A DNA stretch of 64,000 bases from Desulfatiglandales bacterium (GCA_963662465.1 OY759599.1:576001-640000), one strand, 5' to 3'. Shown: positions 38,455 through 48,774, counted from the stretch's first letter. The notes: a model not told the origin generated them from the sequence alone. Numbers and translations: made by a program.

Positions 38455-41445
38455 ATGAAACTTCACTTTGAGGACAATCTCGAATACCAGAAGACAGCCG
38501 TTCTGGCCGTGGCCGATCTCTTCTCCGGCCAAGACATCAACCGCACGGAATTTACCGTATCCAAGGCATCGGACTCGACGGGGCAGATCAAGATACCGGG
38601 CATGGAAGAATCAGACCTGGGCATCGGCAACCGTCTGCAACTGCTGGATGATGAAATTCTGGAAAACCTTCAGGACATCCAGCTCAAAAATGGACTGAGT
38701 CCTTCAAATGCGTTGGCCAGTGGGGATTTTACCATTGAAATGGAAACCGGGACCGGTAAAACCTATGTTTATCTGCGTACCATCTTTGAGTTGAACAAGC
38801 GGTACGGTTTTACCAAGTTCATGATCGTGGTCCCCTCCATCGCCATCAAGGAAGGGGTTTACAAGACCCTTCAAATTACCCAGGAGCATTTTGAAAACCT
38901 TTATCCCAACGCCAAAGGGTATGAATATTTCCTATATGATTCCAGCAAACTCGGTCAGGTGAGAAACTATGCCACCAGTCCGAATATCCAGATCATGGTG
39001 GTGACCGTAGGCGCCATCAACAAAAAGGATGTAAACAACCTGTACAAGGACAGCGAAAAGACCGGCGGAGAAAAACCCATTGATCTGGTGCGGGCTACCC
39101 GACCCTTTATTATTGTGGATGAACCTCAAAGCGTGGATGGCGGCCTCAAAGGCCAGGGCAAAAAGGCCCTGGAAAAAATGAATCCCCTCTGCACCTTGCG
39201 GTATTCGGCCACCCATGCGGACAAACACCACATGCTTTACCGCCTGGATGCCGTGGACGCTTATGAACGGGAGCTGGTGAAACAGATTGAAGTGGCTTCC
39301 CTTGAAGTCGAAGGCGCCCACAACAAGGCATATGTAAAGCTTATTTCCACCCACAATAAGCGGGGGTCCATTACGGCAAAAGTTGAAATCGATGTGGCCC
39401 GGGGCGGTAAGGTCAGGCGTGAAGTGATGACCGTGGAAGACGGAGATGACCTGGAGCAGGAAACGGGCAGGGGAATTTATGAAAACTGCCGCATCGGCAC
39501 CATTACCTGCGGGAAGAACACCGAATCCGTGGAAATCAACGTGCCGGGGGGTGAGTATACCCTCCACCCCGGAGAAGAAGTGGGCGGTGTCAACCCGGAC
39601 GATATAAAACGCCTCATGATCCGCCGCACCATCAAAGAGCATCTGGACAAGGAAATGCGCTTCATGGCCCAGAAGCGCGAAGTCAAGGTGTTGAGCCTGT
39701 TTTTCATCGACAGCGTAAAATATTATCGCCAGTATGATGAAACGAGAAACGAGATCAAGGGAAAATATGCCCTGATGTTTGAAGAGGAATACAAAAAACT
39801 GGCCAAGCAACCGGACTACCAGACCCTTTTTCAACAGATCGATCTGGATATGGACGTGGGACAAATCCATAACGGGTACTTTTCCATTGACAAAAAGGGC
39901 GGCTGGACAGAGACCGCCGAAAACAACCAGGCCAACCGCGACAACGCGGAACGTGCCTACAATTTGATCATGAAGGAGAAGGAAACGCTTTTGAGCTTTG
40001 ATTCCAAGCTGAAGTTTATCTTCTCCCACTCCGCCCTGCGGGAAGGCTGGGACAATCCGAATGTCTTTCAAATATGCGCGCTTCGTAACATGGGAACCGA
40101 AAGGGAACGCCGCCAGACCATCGGCCGGGGCTTAAGGCTCTGTGTCAATCAGGAGGGACAGCGCCTGCGGGGATTTGATGTAAACACCCTGACAGTGATC
40201 GCCACCGAAAGCTACCAGCAGTTTGCGGACAACCTTCAAAAGGAGATTGAAAAAGATACGGGTATTCGGTTTGGCATTGTTGAAAAACACCAGTTCGCTT
40301 CTCTCGTCACGACAGATGATAAAGGTGACAAACAACTTCTGGGGGTCGAAAAATCGAAGCAAATCTGGGATTTCTTATGCAAAAACGGCTTTGTGGACAA
40401 AAACGGGAAGGTGCAGGACACACTCCGAACAGCCCTCAAGGAAGACAAATTGAAACTCCCTTGGGAATTTTCCAATGAGGCCAAAGGCATCAAAGAGATT
40501 CTGCGAAAGCTGGCCGGAAAACTGGACATCAAAAATGCAGATGAACGCATCCCCATCATAACCCGACAGGCGGTTCTCGAAAGCGAAGAATTTAAAGCGT
40601 TATGGGACCGCATCAAGCACAAGACCACTTATCGGTTGTATTTTAACAACGAAAAATTAATCGAGCAAAGCGCCAAAGCCATTCAGGGTGGTCCTTCCGT
40701 CGCTAAAACAAGGGCGCAGTTCCGAAAAGCCGATATCGCCATCGGCAAGGGCGGCGTAATGGCCAGTGAAACCGCCACATCCGGCTTTACGGCCCTTCAG
40801 GAGACGGATATCGAGCTGCCGGACCTGTTGACCGACCTTCAGGACAAAACCTACTTGACGCGAAAAAGTCTGGTAGAAATCCTTATCCAAAGCAGGAGAC
40901 TGAACGATTTTACCCGCAACCCCCAAGAGTTCATCGATCTGGCAGCCCAGGCCATCAACAAAGCCAAACGGCTTGTTCTGGTAGATGGGATACGTTACCA
41001 GCGTATTGGCGACGATTTCTTTTATGCCCAGGAGCTTTTTGAAAAAGAAGAACTGACCGGTTACCTCAAAAACACGCTGAAAACGCAAAAATCCGTTTAT
41101 CAGCATGTGGTGTATGATTCCGCCGGTGTAGAGCGAAGGTTTGCCGAAGACCTGGAGAAAAATGAAGCGGTCAAAGTCTATGCTAAACTGCCCCCATGGT
41201 TTACGATTCCCACACCCCTGGGCAACTACAATCCTGACTGGGCGGTACTGGTCTCAATGGATAGTCAGGAAAAGCTATACTTCGTTGTGGAAACCAAGGG
41301 GAGCATGTGGTGGGATGACCTTCGTCATGTTGAGGGCGCCAAAATAGAATGCGCCAAAAAGCATTTTTCGGAATTGGCGGTGGATGAGCATCCCGCGCAG
41401 TACGTCAAGGCGAAAAGCGTGGATGATATGATGGGATGTGGGTAA
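38455..41445 (+). CDS. res: Type III restriction endonuclease subunit
   Basis: METGTGKTYVY, DEPQ, LRYSATH, SHSALREGWDNPNVFQIC, QTIGRGLR, YNPDWA...VVETKG. Confidence 0.95.
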   Translation: MKLHFEDNLEYQKTAVLAVADLFSGQDINRTEFTVSKASDSTGQIKIPGMEESDLGIGNRLQLLDDEILENLQDIQLKNGLSPSNALASGDFTIEMETGTGKTYVYLRTIFELNKRYGFTKFMIVVPSIAIKEGVYKTLQITQEHFENLYPNAKGYEYFLYDSSKLGQVRNYATSPNIQIMVVTVGAINKKDVNNLYKDSEKTGGEKPIDLVRATRPFIIVDEPQSVDGGLKGQGKKALEKMNPLCTLRYSATHADKHHMLYRLDAVDAYERELVKQIEVASLEVEGAHNKAYVKLISTHNKRGSITAKVEIDVARGGKVRREVMTVEDGDDLEQETGRGIYENCRIGTITCGKNTESVEINVPGGEYTLHPGEEVGGVNPDDIKRLMIRRTIKEHLDKEMRFMAQKREVKVLSLFFIDSVKYYRQYDETRNEIKGKYALMFEEEYKKLAKQPDYQTLFQQIDLDMDVGQIHNGYFSIDKKGGWTETAENNQANRDNAERAYNLIMKEKETLLSFDSKLKFIFSHSALREGWDNPNVFQICALRNMGTERERRQTIGRGLRLCVNQEGQRLRGFDVNTLTVIATESYQQFADNLQKEIEKDTGIRFGIVEKHQFASLVTTDDKGDKQLLGVEKSKQIWDFLCKNGFVDKNGKVQDTLRTALKEDKLKLPWEFSNEAKGIKEILRKLAGKLDIKNADERIPIITRQAVLESEEFKALWDRIKHKTTYRLYFNNEKLIEQSAKAIQGGPSVAKTRAQFRKADIAIGKGGVMASETATSGFTALQETDIELPDLLTDLQDKTYLTRKSLVEILIQSRRLNDFTRNPQEFIDLAAQAINKAKRLVLVDGIRYQRIGDDFFYAQELFEKEELTGYLKNTLKTQKSVYQHVVYDSAGVERRFAEDLEKNEAVKVYAKLPPWFTIPTPLGNYNPDWAVLVSMDSQEKLYFVVETKGSMWWDDLRHVEGAKIECAKKHFSELAVDEHPAQYVKAKSVDDMMGCG

Positions 41446-41907
41446 TTAGGGGTAGGCGGAAGCCGTCCCAACATCCATTCACTGCAACCCTGTGGGATAG
41501 ATATTGCTTTGTTGGCATGAATTCATTAATCTCTTTGACCGAATTCTACTTTCATGCTATTTTTAAATTCCGGCTGCCAGTGCGGAAGCGTGTCGGAAGG
41601 CACGCCGGCGCCCTGAATGAGCGACCGTAATTTTTGCGGTGTCGGGTTTGCAGGACCGGTGGATAGGCGCCTACCCATTGGATCTTGATTGTCTCGCCCC
41701 TGCATTGCACGTGGATCAGGGAGACTTTCAGGGTCTCCCTATTACCGGCGCCGGTCTTGACCGTCGGTGATAGGGTTTTCCCACTTCCGTATCTCAGCAT
41801 CATAACAATGCTGACCGCATTTCCTGCGGAGACCCAGCAATATGGTCGGCCTTTTGGATTTCCACTTTTTCAGCAAAAACGCCTGAAATTGGTGGTAAAA
41901 CTTTTTT

Positions 41908-42915
41908 TCACGTGTAAGAAATTGAAATAACGTAAAGTTTACATAAAATATCACCTGGGTCTTTCCCGTTGACCGGCGGCCAGCGTTTCGAGTTTGGGTA
42001 ATTTTCAGCCCACCAATGCCATGCCTGTTTCGCCCCGGCTAAGTCTGCGTCCAAAGCAACGAGGACGATATCCGCCTGTTTGAGAATTACATTGGTATTC
42101 ACGTCTGGTCTGGCTTGGGCGCTCCCCAACGCAATAGTAGTGATAAAGTCTCCGGCCTCTTGTTCAAGCAGTACGGCATCAAGTTCAGATTCCACAATGA
42201 TCGAAGCCTTGTGGGTTTCATCCCTCCGCAGAATCATAGGTGCTGTGTTACCTCCTGCAACATGGATATATCGCTGGCTGTCCCCAGGGTCTGGTTTGCG
42301 AATTTTGATTTTTACCATTTTCTCCCCTTCTCGGTGGGGAATGACTAGGCCCTTAGGCAACTATATCTTCTTAATTGTTTTGGTATCCCCCTGTTTGTCT
42401 GGCAACCCCCACACCTTTCGCGAAGGGAAGTAGTCCTGCGGATTCCACCCCAAATCGGCATTCCTGATTGTTTTCTGTGTCAAACCCCTTTCATCCATCA
42501 GCCATTCCCGCGCTTGGGAGGACTCCTTTTTCCAAAGATTTTTGGCGGCCCAATCAACGAAAGACTTCCCTTTTGCCTGCCAAATATCTGAGGGTGCATC
42601 CGATGTTTGTGGCTCCCATTTTGGTGTCGCGGAGGCATTTCGGGCGGTGTTTAATGGTCGATAGCGGCACTTTACTTCTTTTGGTTTAATGTTCAGTACA
42701 TCACAGGCTTCAGGGTAAGACATTCCCTTGACGTCTCGAAGATATTGAATTGCGTCTCCTTTTTTTCCACACTGGCGGCACCAATACCGGCCAGTGGGTC
42801 CCTCTTCAGGCTTAATAATGAACCGGTCAATTCCCCCACAAAAAGGGCATGCAGATGAGTATTCATTGGCTGTCTTTCGAGTAGCTTGTTCGTTCAAAAC
42901 GTCTAAAATATTCAT
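41908..42915 (-). pseudogene. CHC2 zinc-finger + Toprim primase interrupted by an in-frame TAG and truncated at the 3' end
   Basis: CPFCGGIDRF...YWCRQCG..GDAI; KKI*LPKGLVIP (stop at 42361-42363); IVESELDA, ALDADLAG, KDPGD. Confidence 0.85.
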
Positions 42916-43075
42916 GACAAAACCGTATGTTCTTATATATGGCTAAATATGATTCGTTTTATGCGCTGTGCAGGAGGTGCAGGGTTTGCAAGGTTTTGCC
43001 TACAGTTTGCTATGGTGGAAAAATAAGCTTTCTCATAGGGTTTATCTGTGTAATAACCCTGCACACCCTGCATAT

Positions 43076-44661
43076 TCACCTTTCCTGTTCCAGCAATAGC
43101 CCCACTCCCTTATAGTACAGTCCATCCCGGTCCTTACCCTGCTCGAAAAGCTCTTTTGCATTTATTCCGAAGCGAGTACCGCTGAAAGCCGCGTGTCCCA
43201 TCTCGTTACACCAACTCTTGTAAGCCTCGTAAAACTTTCCCGCTTTGATCTTCGCGTGTGGCGCCAAAAGACATTTTTCATCGATGAATTGACTAATCAG
43301 ATCATTTTCCTTGCGATAGTCTGTCGTCGCTGTTTCAACCACTGCCGGAGGATTGAGGCCTTTTTCCTGCCATTCGAGGGTTCCCCGGACAAGCCACGCC
43401 AAGATGCCGGAAGCTTCGGCTTCCAGTCTGTCCTGGAGACCTTTGTCCGCTTTACGTTCATTTTTTTTGCTTGGGTTGTCGATGAACGAGAGTGTGAAAG
43501 GGATCAGCTTCACGCGTTTCCAAATCGCAAAATCATTGGCGTTTATCCTCGGCTTGGCATTCGTCAGTAGGAATAATAGATGCGTTGGCGTAAATTCAAC
43601 CGGTCTCCGACCATATGGCGCTCTGGCTGTCAGAGTGTCACCGCCCGCCAGTTCCTTGACCTTGCCCACATTTAGCTTATTACCCTCGTTGGTTTCGCTG
43701 GCCCACACGATCCTCTTTCCTTTGAGCGCTAGAGTGTCAGCGTCGCTACTTCCGCTCGGTCTCATTCTCCCGGAATCCAAAAGTATTTCCGCTCTTGCAC
43801 GGTGAGCGATCGGTCCAAGAACAAATTTTAGGGTTTCGAGCATCGTTCCTTTCCCGTTTCGGCCATTTCCCCACATTATCGGATACACATGTTCTTGCCG
43901 GAGTCCTGTGATCTGTAGCCGAAAAGGCGCTGCACAAAACGCATGAGCTCTTCCTCACCATCAAAGATTTCACAAACAAAATTTTGCCAATCCCGCGCTG
44001 GAACTTCCAACCCCTTCCATTCTGTCGGTGCAATAGTCTTCATGTAATCGTGTTGATCCCTTGGCCGAAAATTCCCAGTTTTCAGATCGATGACCCCATT
44101 TTTACAACCCAGTAACCACGGGTTGCTGTCCCACTCTCCGTCTGTGAGCCCATTTCCTGCGGTGGCGAGGTTTAATACGTTCCGTTTTCGATGCAGGGTT
44201 TGGAGCTTGTCAATGCGTCTTAGTAAGCGCGCCCTCAATTCCTCATGCTCGTTTGCTGGATCGTTTTTCTTAGCTTTGCGAGCCTTTGTTGCCAGCCAGG
44301 CTTGGCGGTCAGCCTCTTTTCCGTAAATGTCTATCACCCCATCGAGGGTTCGCATAACCTCATGGCGTGCGTCTTGGATCCATTGGTGCCCCTCCCATTG
44401 AAACCACTCCGCAGCGGCATGGTCATAAACGAATTTGTTGCAAGTGATTTGGTTGAACATCCATGCGTCACCATCTTCGTTCGCGTCGAGGGCGGCCAAA
44501 ACTTTTTTGCTAGTTAATTCAATATCTTGTTTATGTTCTTGCGCGAAGCTTATTTTTTCATCCGCAACCTGCCGCTCCACTAATCTCTGCATCTCCTGGA
44601 TGTCTTGGATTGCAGCCTTTTCACGAACTGTCTGTTGTTTCTGGGTAGCTGCCGCCATCAC
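43076..44661 (-). pseudogene. Phage/plasmid P4-family D5-like primase-helicase, frameshifted near 43913
   Basis: WDSNPWLLGCKNGVIDLKTG; adding 1 nt restores RLFGY-x-ITGLRQEHVYPIMWGNGRNGKGT; ASETNEG, VKELAGGD, IWKRVKLIPF. Confidence 0.88.
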
Positions 44662-44671
44662 TTATCCACCC

Positions 44672-44956
44672 TCAGCTTTTCGCGCCAGTATTCCAAGAAG
44701 ATTTGTTGACATCTCGCACAACTAAGAGTTTGCGGCCCCCCTGCCGAATGAACATCCCATCAGGTGTTTCTCGCACAACTAAGAGTTTGCGGCCCCCCTG
44801 CCGAATGAACATCCCATCAGGTGTTTCTCCTCTCGATTTTTCATTCTGTACTGTCCGCCAGCGGATACCGTTCCCAGTAAGAGCATCCACGGATGTTCCT
44901 GCGAAAACCGGCGGCATCGCTTCCCTCATTTGTTTAAGGATGTCATCAATCTGCAT
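44672..44956 (-). CDS. Small excisionase/AlpA-position DNA-binding-like protein, probably damaged
   Basis: RBS (AGGAGG) upstream, first gene of the replication operon, contains a 57-bp tandem duplication. Confidence 0.5.
   Translation of the reverse strand: MQIDDILKQMREAMPPVFAGTSVDALTGNGIRWRTVQNEKSRGETPDGMFIRQGGRKLLVVRETPDGMFIRQGGRKLLVVRDVNKSSWNTGAKS
44712..44829. repeat. Perfect 57-bp tandem duplication
   Basis: Unit starts at 44712 and 44769; duplicates ETPDGMFIRQGGRKLLVVR in frame. Confidence 0.95.
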
Positions 44957-45727
44957 AATTTCCTCCTATGTTTAATTGTTTTCACGAGTGAGAGAATGAT
45001 ACGAAACCGCTCTGGGGAAAGGCTGGGGGAGTAGATGGGGTTTTTTCCGGGGGGTGTCGTTTTTTTTAATTTCAGGCAAAAAAATCCCCGCGCAAAGCCA
45101 CATTGTGTGACTTTGTGCGGGGAATTAAGGAGGCAGGGTAGGGACTGCTATAAATTGAGTTTTACCAGACCTTTTCGGCTTCCTGTTGCAATGAGGGCGC
45201 GCAGTGCCGCTTCATCCCCTTTGAAAACATCCTTCAGTCTCGGATTATCGGATGAGGAACCAGCCTCCTCATCTCTTTTCGCTGATTCAAGGGAATATGG
45301 AGACATTGTTTCTCTGCTATCGGGGTAGATATCCCGATTTCTATTTGGATTAGTTAGCCCAACACTTTTGTTTTACCTACATACATCCCGTTAAGGAGGA
45401 CATCCAATGATCACCCCGTTGGCATATTAACGATCGAACAAATCCCCTATCATATTTCATCCTCCTTTGGAAAGGCAGTTTCCAGCTTTTGGATGCTGCC
45501 TTTTTCTTTTTTTGGCAATTGACGTTAAGGCGCCAATCCAATATATTCCAGAAATGTTTCCAACGCCGCCGATGTTCTGATGATTCCTATGGCTTGTTCT
45601 ATGAAAGAGATTTCTTATATCTCCCCATGAGGGAAGAAAACCTTAAGAAATCTGTATATTTATGGTAAACCCTCATGGCAAGGGGGTTTGCCACCCCCTC
45701 GCATGAAAATGACATCTACCGCTTTTA

Positions 45728-45755
45728 AGCTAACAGCTAATAGCTAACAGCTAAC
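45728..45755. repeat. Heptamer tandem repeat (AGCTAAY)x4
   Basis: AGCTAAC AGCTAAT AGCTAAC AGCTAAC. Confidence 0.9.
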
Positions 45756-45818
45756 TGCTGCATTTTCATGGTAAAGAATGGATGGATCAACAATATGAAA
45801 TTTTTGAGAAAATAAAAC

Positions 45819-46256
45819 ATGTCTAAAAAGAAGCGGAAGAAAACCCAAAAAGGGACCCATAAACAGCAACCAAACCCTACGCAGTCAGGCGGCATAAAAA
45901 TCTCTGAAGCCATTTTAAGCATAAGCGAGCCGCTAAGGAATCGATATCAAGAACCCCATAAGATTGAAACCATCATATTTCTAACAGTGATGGCATGGAA
46001 CATTTCTCTTTTTGAGGGAGAAGAACGAACCAAATTGCAAGAGAAGATTATCGAAAAGTTTCCACCGGACTTTGGTGGGGAGGATGTGGCTATAATATTT
46101 GACAATCTTGAAACGCTGATTGAGCGTAAGGAGAAAGCGTTCCCGGATATTCGGGAACATATTATTGACCATCGAGTTTCATTTTCAGGAAATTCTTTTA
46201 CTTTGAATGTGACCGCAGCACCAATAAAGGAGAGAAAGAAACAAGCCTTATCATGA
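45819..46256 (+). CDS. Hypothetical protein
   Basis: 145-aa ORF with protein-like composition (KISEAILSISEPL...AWNISL...LIERK..FPD); no function recognised. Confidence 0.65.
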   Translation: MSKKKRKKTQKGTHKQQPNPTQSGGIKISEAILSISEPLRNRYQEPHKIETIIFLTVMAWNISLFEGEERTKLQEKIIEKFPPDFGGEDVAIIFDNLETLIERKEKAFPDIREHIIDHRVSFSGNSFTLNVTAAPIKERKKQALS

Positions 46257-46281
46257 CGACTCTTTCTGTCTTTGAATTAGA

Positions 46282-46680
46282 ATGCGTCCCAGCGAACACC
46301 TAAATAAAATCAATCGAAAATACTCCAAAGGGTATCATCTAATTAATGAATTCCGGCGGGATAAGGGAAAAGGTATTCCCAAATGGCCTAAATGGTGTTT
46401 CCTGCCGATGTCTGGTTTCTATGCTGTTATTTCTAAGGCTGCAGGGTATGACCAAATCCCGCCTCAATTGATTTCAGATGTCAGCAGACTGGCGGCAATC
46501 GCTACCTGGAGGTATTCCCAAGGTGTTTATCGTTTTGATCGACCTGTATTTGACGCATTATGGAAGACAAAACTGTCCGGAGACTTGCCCGCAGATGTAC
46601 TGTTGCGGTTGCTGGAATGGAGTATTTATGTCGAAACCCCTGACAAGAAATTCGGTGAATCTGATTTGTTCGGTTATTAA
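46282..46680 (+). pseudogene. N-terminal fragment of an AcrVA2/FinQ-like protein
   Basis: WPKWCFLPM...LAAIATWRYSQGVYRFD...LSGDLPADVLLRLLEWSIYVET matches my recollection of the AcrVA2 N-terminal half; the C-terminal PHxRRGHW region is absent. Confidence 0.65.
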
Positions 46681-47057
46681 TCTCCGTAGGCCCGTTGCTT
46701 GTAATCGACGCTTAAAGACATTCAATTAATTTCACCATATCATCCGACCCTGGCCCTTAACCGGGGAGGATTCCCGGAGGGGTTCTCCTGTCAACATTTG
46801 AACCCACTTCGGTACATTGTCCGCAGGGCTTCGCACCCCATCATCAGCGCAATGGTAACACGCCTGCGTAGGGTCCGGCAGGAACATGCCGGGTACTACA
46901 TGTAACTACATGAATACACTAAAACTATGCGACTTCGTGTCGCAAGCCAACCAGTGATTGTGCGGTTTTTTTTGTTATCAAGTATCCAAATCTACATGTT
47001 AGCTGATTTCCCGTCTTTAACTTCGCTAACAAATAAGTTAAGGAAAACGTGTTACCT

Positions 47058-47330
47058 TTAATTTAAGAAGCGTTTGAGGTAACGTTCAAAGGCATATGTT
47101 CGCCTACGCTGCTGACCGGTAGTTTCAACCAGAATGCCCAATTCAACCAATACCTTGATCAGTGCATTGGAGGTGGGCGTGGTCGCCTGTTCTACATCTC
47201 CGGCTTTGATGATGGGCCTACGGTATACCAGGTTCAGGGCCAACCGGGCCGAGTGGGCACGTTTACCAAGACCCAACACCGCCTGTTTCACCTCGGTTCG
47301 CAGAACAAGAATTTGGCGAAATACCTCTCC
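47058..47330 (-). pseudogene. C-terminal HTH remnant of a Fic-family protein
   Basis: PIIKAGDV...TPTSNALIKVLVELGILVETTGQQRRRTYAFERYL; no start, abuts the stop of the efflux outer-membrane gene. Confidence 0.7.
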
Positions 47331-47334
47331 TCCC

Positions 47335-48774
47335 TTATGATCCGTTTTGGCTGTTTTCCCCGGACGGACCCCCGCCGCCTCCCAATACGGCGTAAAGCCT
47401 CACCCGGCTGGCAAGCCTGATCAGTCGGAGTTCGATCAGCACCTGCTGCTGCCCGTAGAGGGATCGTTGGGCAACCAGGACGGCCAGGTAGTTGTCAATC
47501 CCTTTTTCATAGCGAATATTTGAGAGTCGATATGTTTCAGCAGTTGCATCCACCAGAGATTGTTGCGCGGATACCTGCTGATTTATGGTCCCCTGCACCG
47601 CCAGAGAATCAGCAACTTCCCTGAAGGCCGTCTGGATGGCCTTCTCATACTGGGTCAGGGCAATTTTCCGATCGGCTTTGCTGACCCGCAGCGCAGCCCA
47701 GACGCGGGCATCAAAAATCGGCATAACGATCTGCGGCGCAAAGTTCCAGGCGCCCGAGCCGGCGCTGAACAGGCCGGACAGATCGGCGCTTGCGGTTCCG
47801 AAGGCAGCGGTCAGGGAAATGCGAGGGAAGAAGGCGGCTCGGGCCGCGCCGATATAGGCGTAGGCTCCCTTGAGCCGATGTTCCGCCGCCATAATGTCGG
47901 GCCGGTTCAGGAGTACCTGGGAGGAAAGGCCCGGAGAAAGTTCTTCGGGCGGGGTAACGCTGCTTAAATCCGCCGGCAGGAGATTTTTCGGTACCGGAGA
48001 CCCGGCCAGAAGGTTCAATGCGTTGTGGTCCTGGGCTGCCAGTTGCGTAAACCGGGGGATATCTCTTAACGCCGCATCCACCCGGGTTTGCGCTTCAGCC
48101 AGGTCCAACTCGGTGGCGAGTCCAAGTTCGAGACGCCGTTTAACAAAACGATAGCTGGCCTGTTGGGTTTCATGGGTGGATCGGGCCAGCTTGAGGTTTT
48201 CCCTGTCCGCGGCAAGGGTCAGATAAGCCCTGGCAACCTCAGCCACCAGCGCGATCTGTACACTGCGACGGGCCTGCTCCGTGGCCAGGTATTCCTCCAA
48301 AGCCCGCTCTTCCAGGCTGCGAATGCGGCCGAAGAAATCGATCTCCCAGGAAGCAATGCCCAGGCCCACGTCATATTGTGTCGCTGTCATGGATTGGCCG
48401 GTGGTGGAGAGGTCGGCCGGCACCCGTTGCCTGCTTCCGCCGGCCCCGGCATTGACCACCGGGAACAGTTCCGCCCGTTGAATGCCGTAGAGCGCTCGGG
48501 CCCTTTCCACATTCAGGGCCGCAAGCCGCAGATCAAGGTTGTTGTTAAGGGCCATTTCAATAATCTTCTGGAGCGGTTTGTCGGCAAAGAAATCCTCCCA
48601 CTTAAGATCCGGAACCGTTGGTACTCCGGGCATGGCCTGCGTGTCTTTGTAAGCGGCGCCCTTCGGCCATTCAGCCGGAATCGGCGCCTCGGGCTGTGTG
48701 TATTTCGGCGCCAGGGTGCAGCCGCTCAGAAGAAGGACGATTCCGACCAGTAGAAATAACGGTTGTTTATTCAT
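47335..48774 (-). CDS. RND efflux outer-membrane lipoprotein (OprM/NodT family)
   Basis: Lipobox LSGC, ALNNNLDLRLA, WEIDFFGRIRS, RPDIMAAEHRL, AARAAFFPRISLT. Confidence 0.95.
   Translation of the reverse strand: MNKQPLFLLVGIVLLLSGCTLAPKYTQPEAPIPAEWPKGAAYKDTQAMPGVPTVPDLKWEDFFADKPLQKIIEMALNNNLDLRLAALNVERARALYGIQRAELFPVVNAGAGGSRQRVPADLSTTGQSMTATQYDVGLGIASWEIDFFGRIRSLEERALEEYLATEQARRSVQIALVAEVARAYLTLAADRENLKLARSTHETQQASYRFVKRRLELGLATELDLAEAQTRVDAALRDIPRFTQLAAQDHNALNLLAGSPVPKNLLPADLSSVTPPEELSPGLSSQVLLNRPDIMAAEHRLKGAYAYIGAARAAFFPRISLTAAFGTASADLSGLFSAGSGAWNFAPQIVMPIFDARVWAALRVSKADRKIALTQYEKAIQTAFREVADSLAVQGTINQQVSAQQSLVDATAETYRLSNIRYEKGIDNYLAVLVAQRSLYGQQQVLIELRLIRLASRVRLYAVLGGGGGPSGENSQNGS

Larger units (their letters stand above)
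31004..47334. mobile_element. Decayed tRNA-Ala-anchored genomic island (P4/PICI-like satellite remnant with defence cargo); right boundary uncertain
   Basis: Starts right after the tRNA 3' end; contains an RM locus, broken primase/D5 genes and a small excisionase-like ORF; no integrase or attR seen. Confidence 0.65.

Noticed and set aside
31460..41445. Calling the helicase-methylase locus DISARM or BREX
   Set aside because: No DUF1998/DrmB, second DrmA helicase, PglZ or BrxC; Mod and Res are typical type III.
41500..41900. Riboswitch-like hairpins (e.g. AGGGAGACTTTCAGGGTCTCCCT) after res
   Set aside because: Not upstream of a suitable gene; the minus strand reads more like a decayed coding fragment that I cannot identify.
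42361..42363. Pyrrolysine or programmed read-through of the in-frame TAG in the primase
   Set aside because: The position fits a TGG>TAG nonsense change and neighbouring genes are also broken.
44712..44829. 57-bp repeat as a CRISPR or iteron array
   Set aside because: Head-to-tail duplication with no spacer inside a coding frame; replication slippage or assembly artefact.
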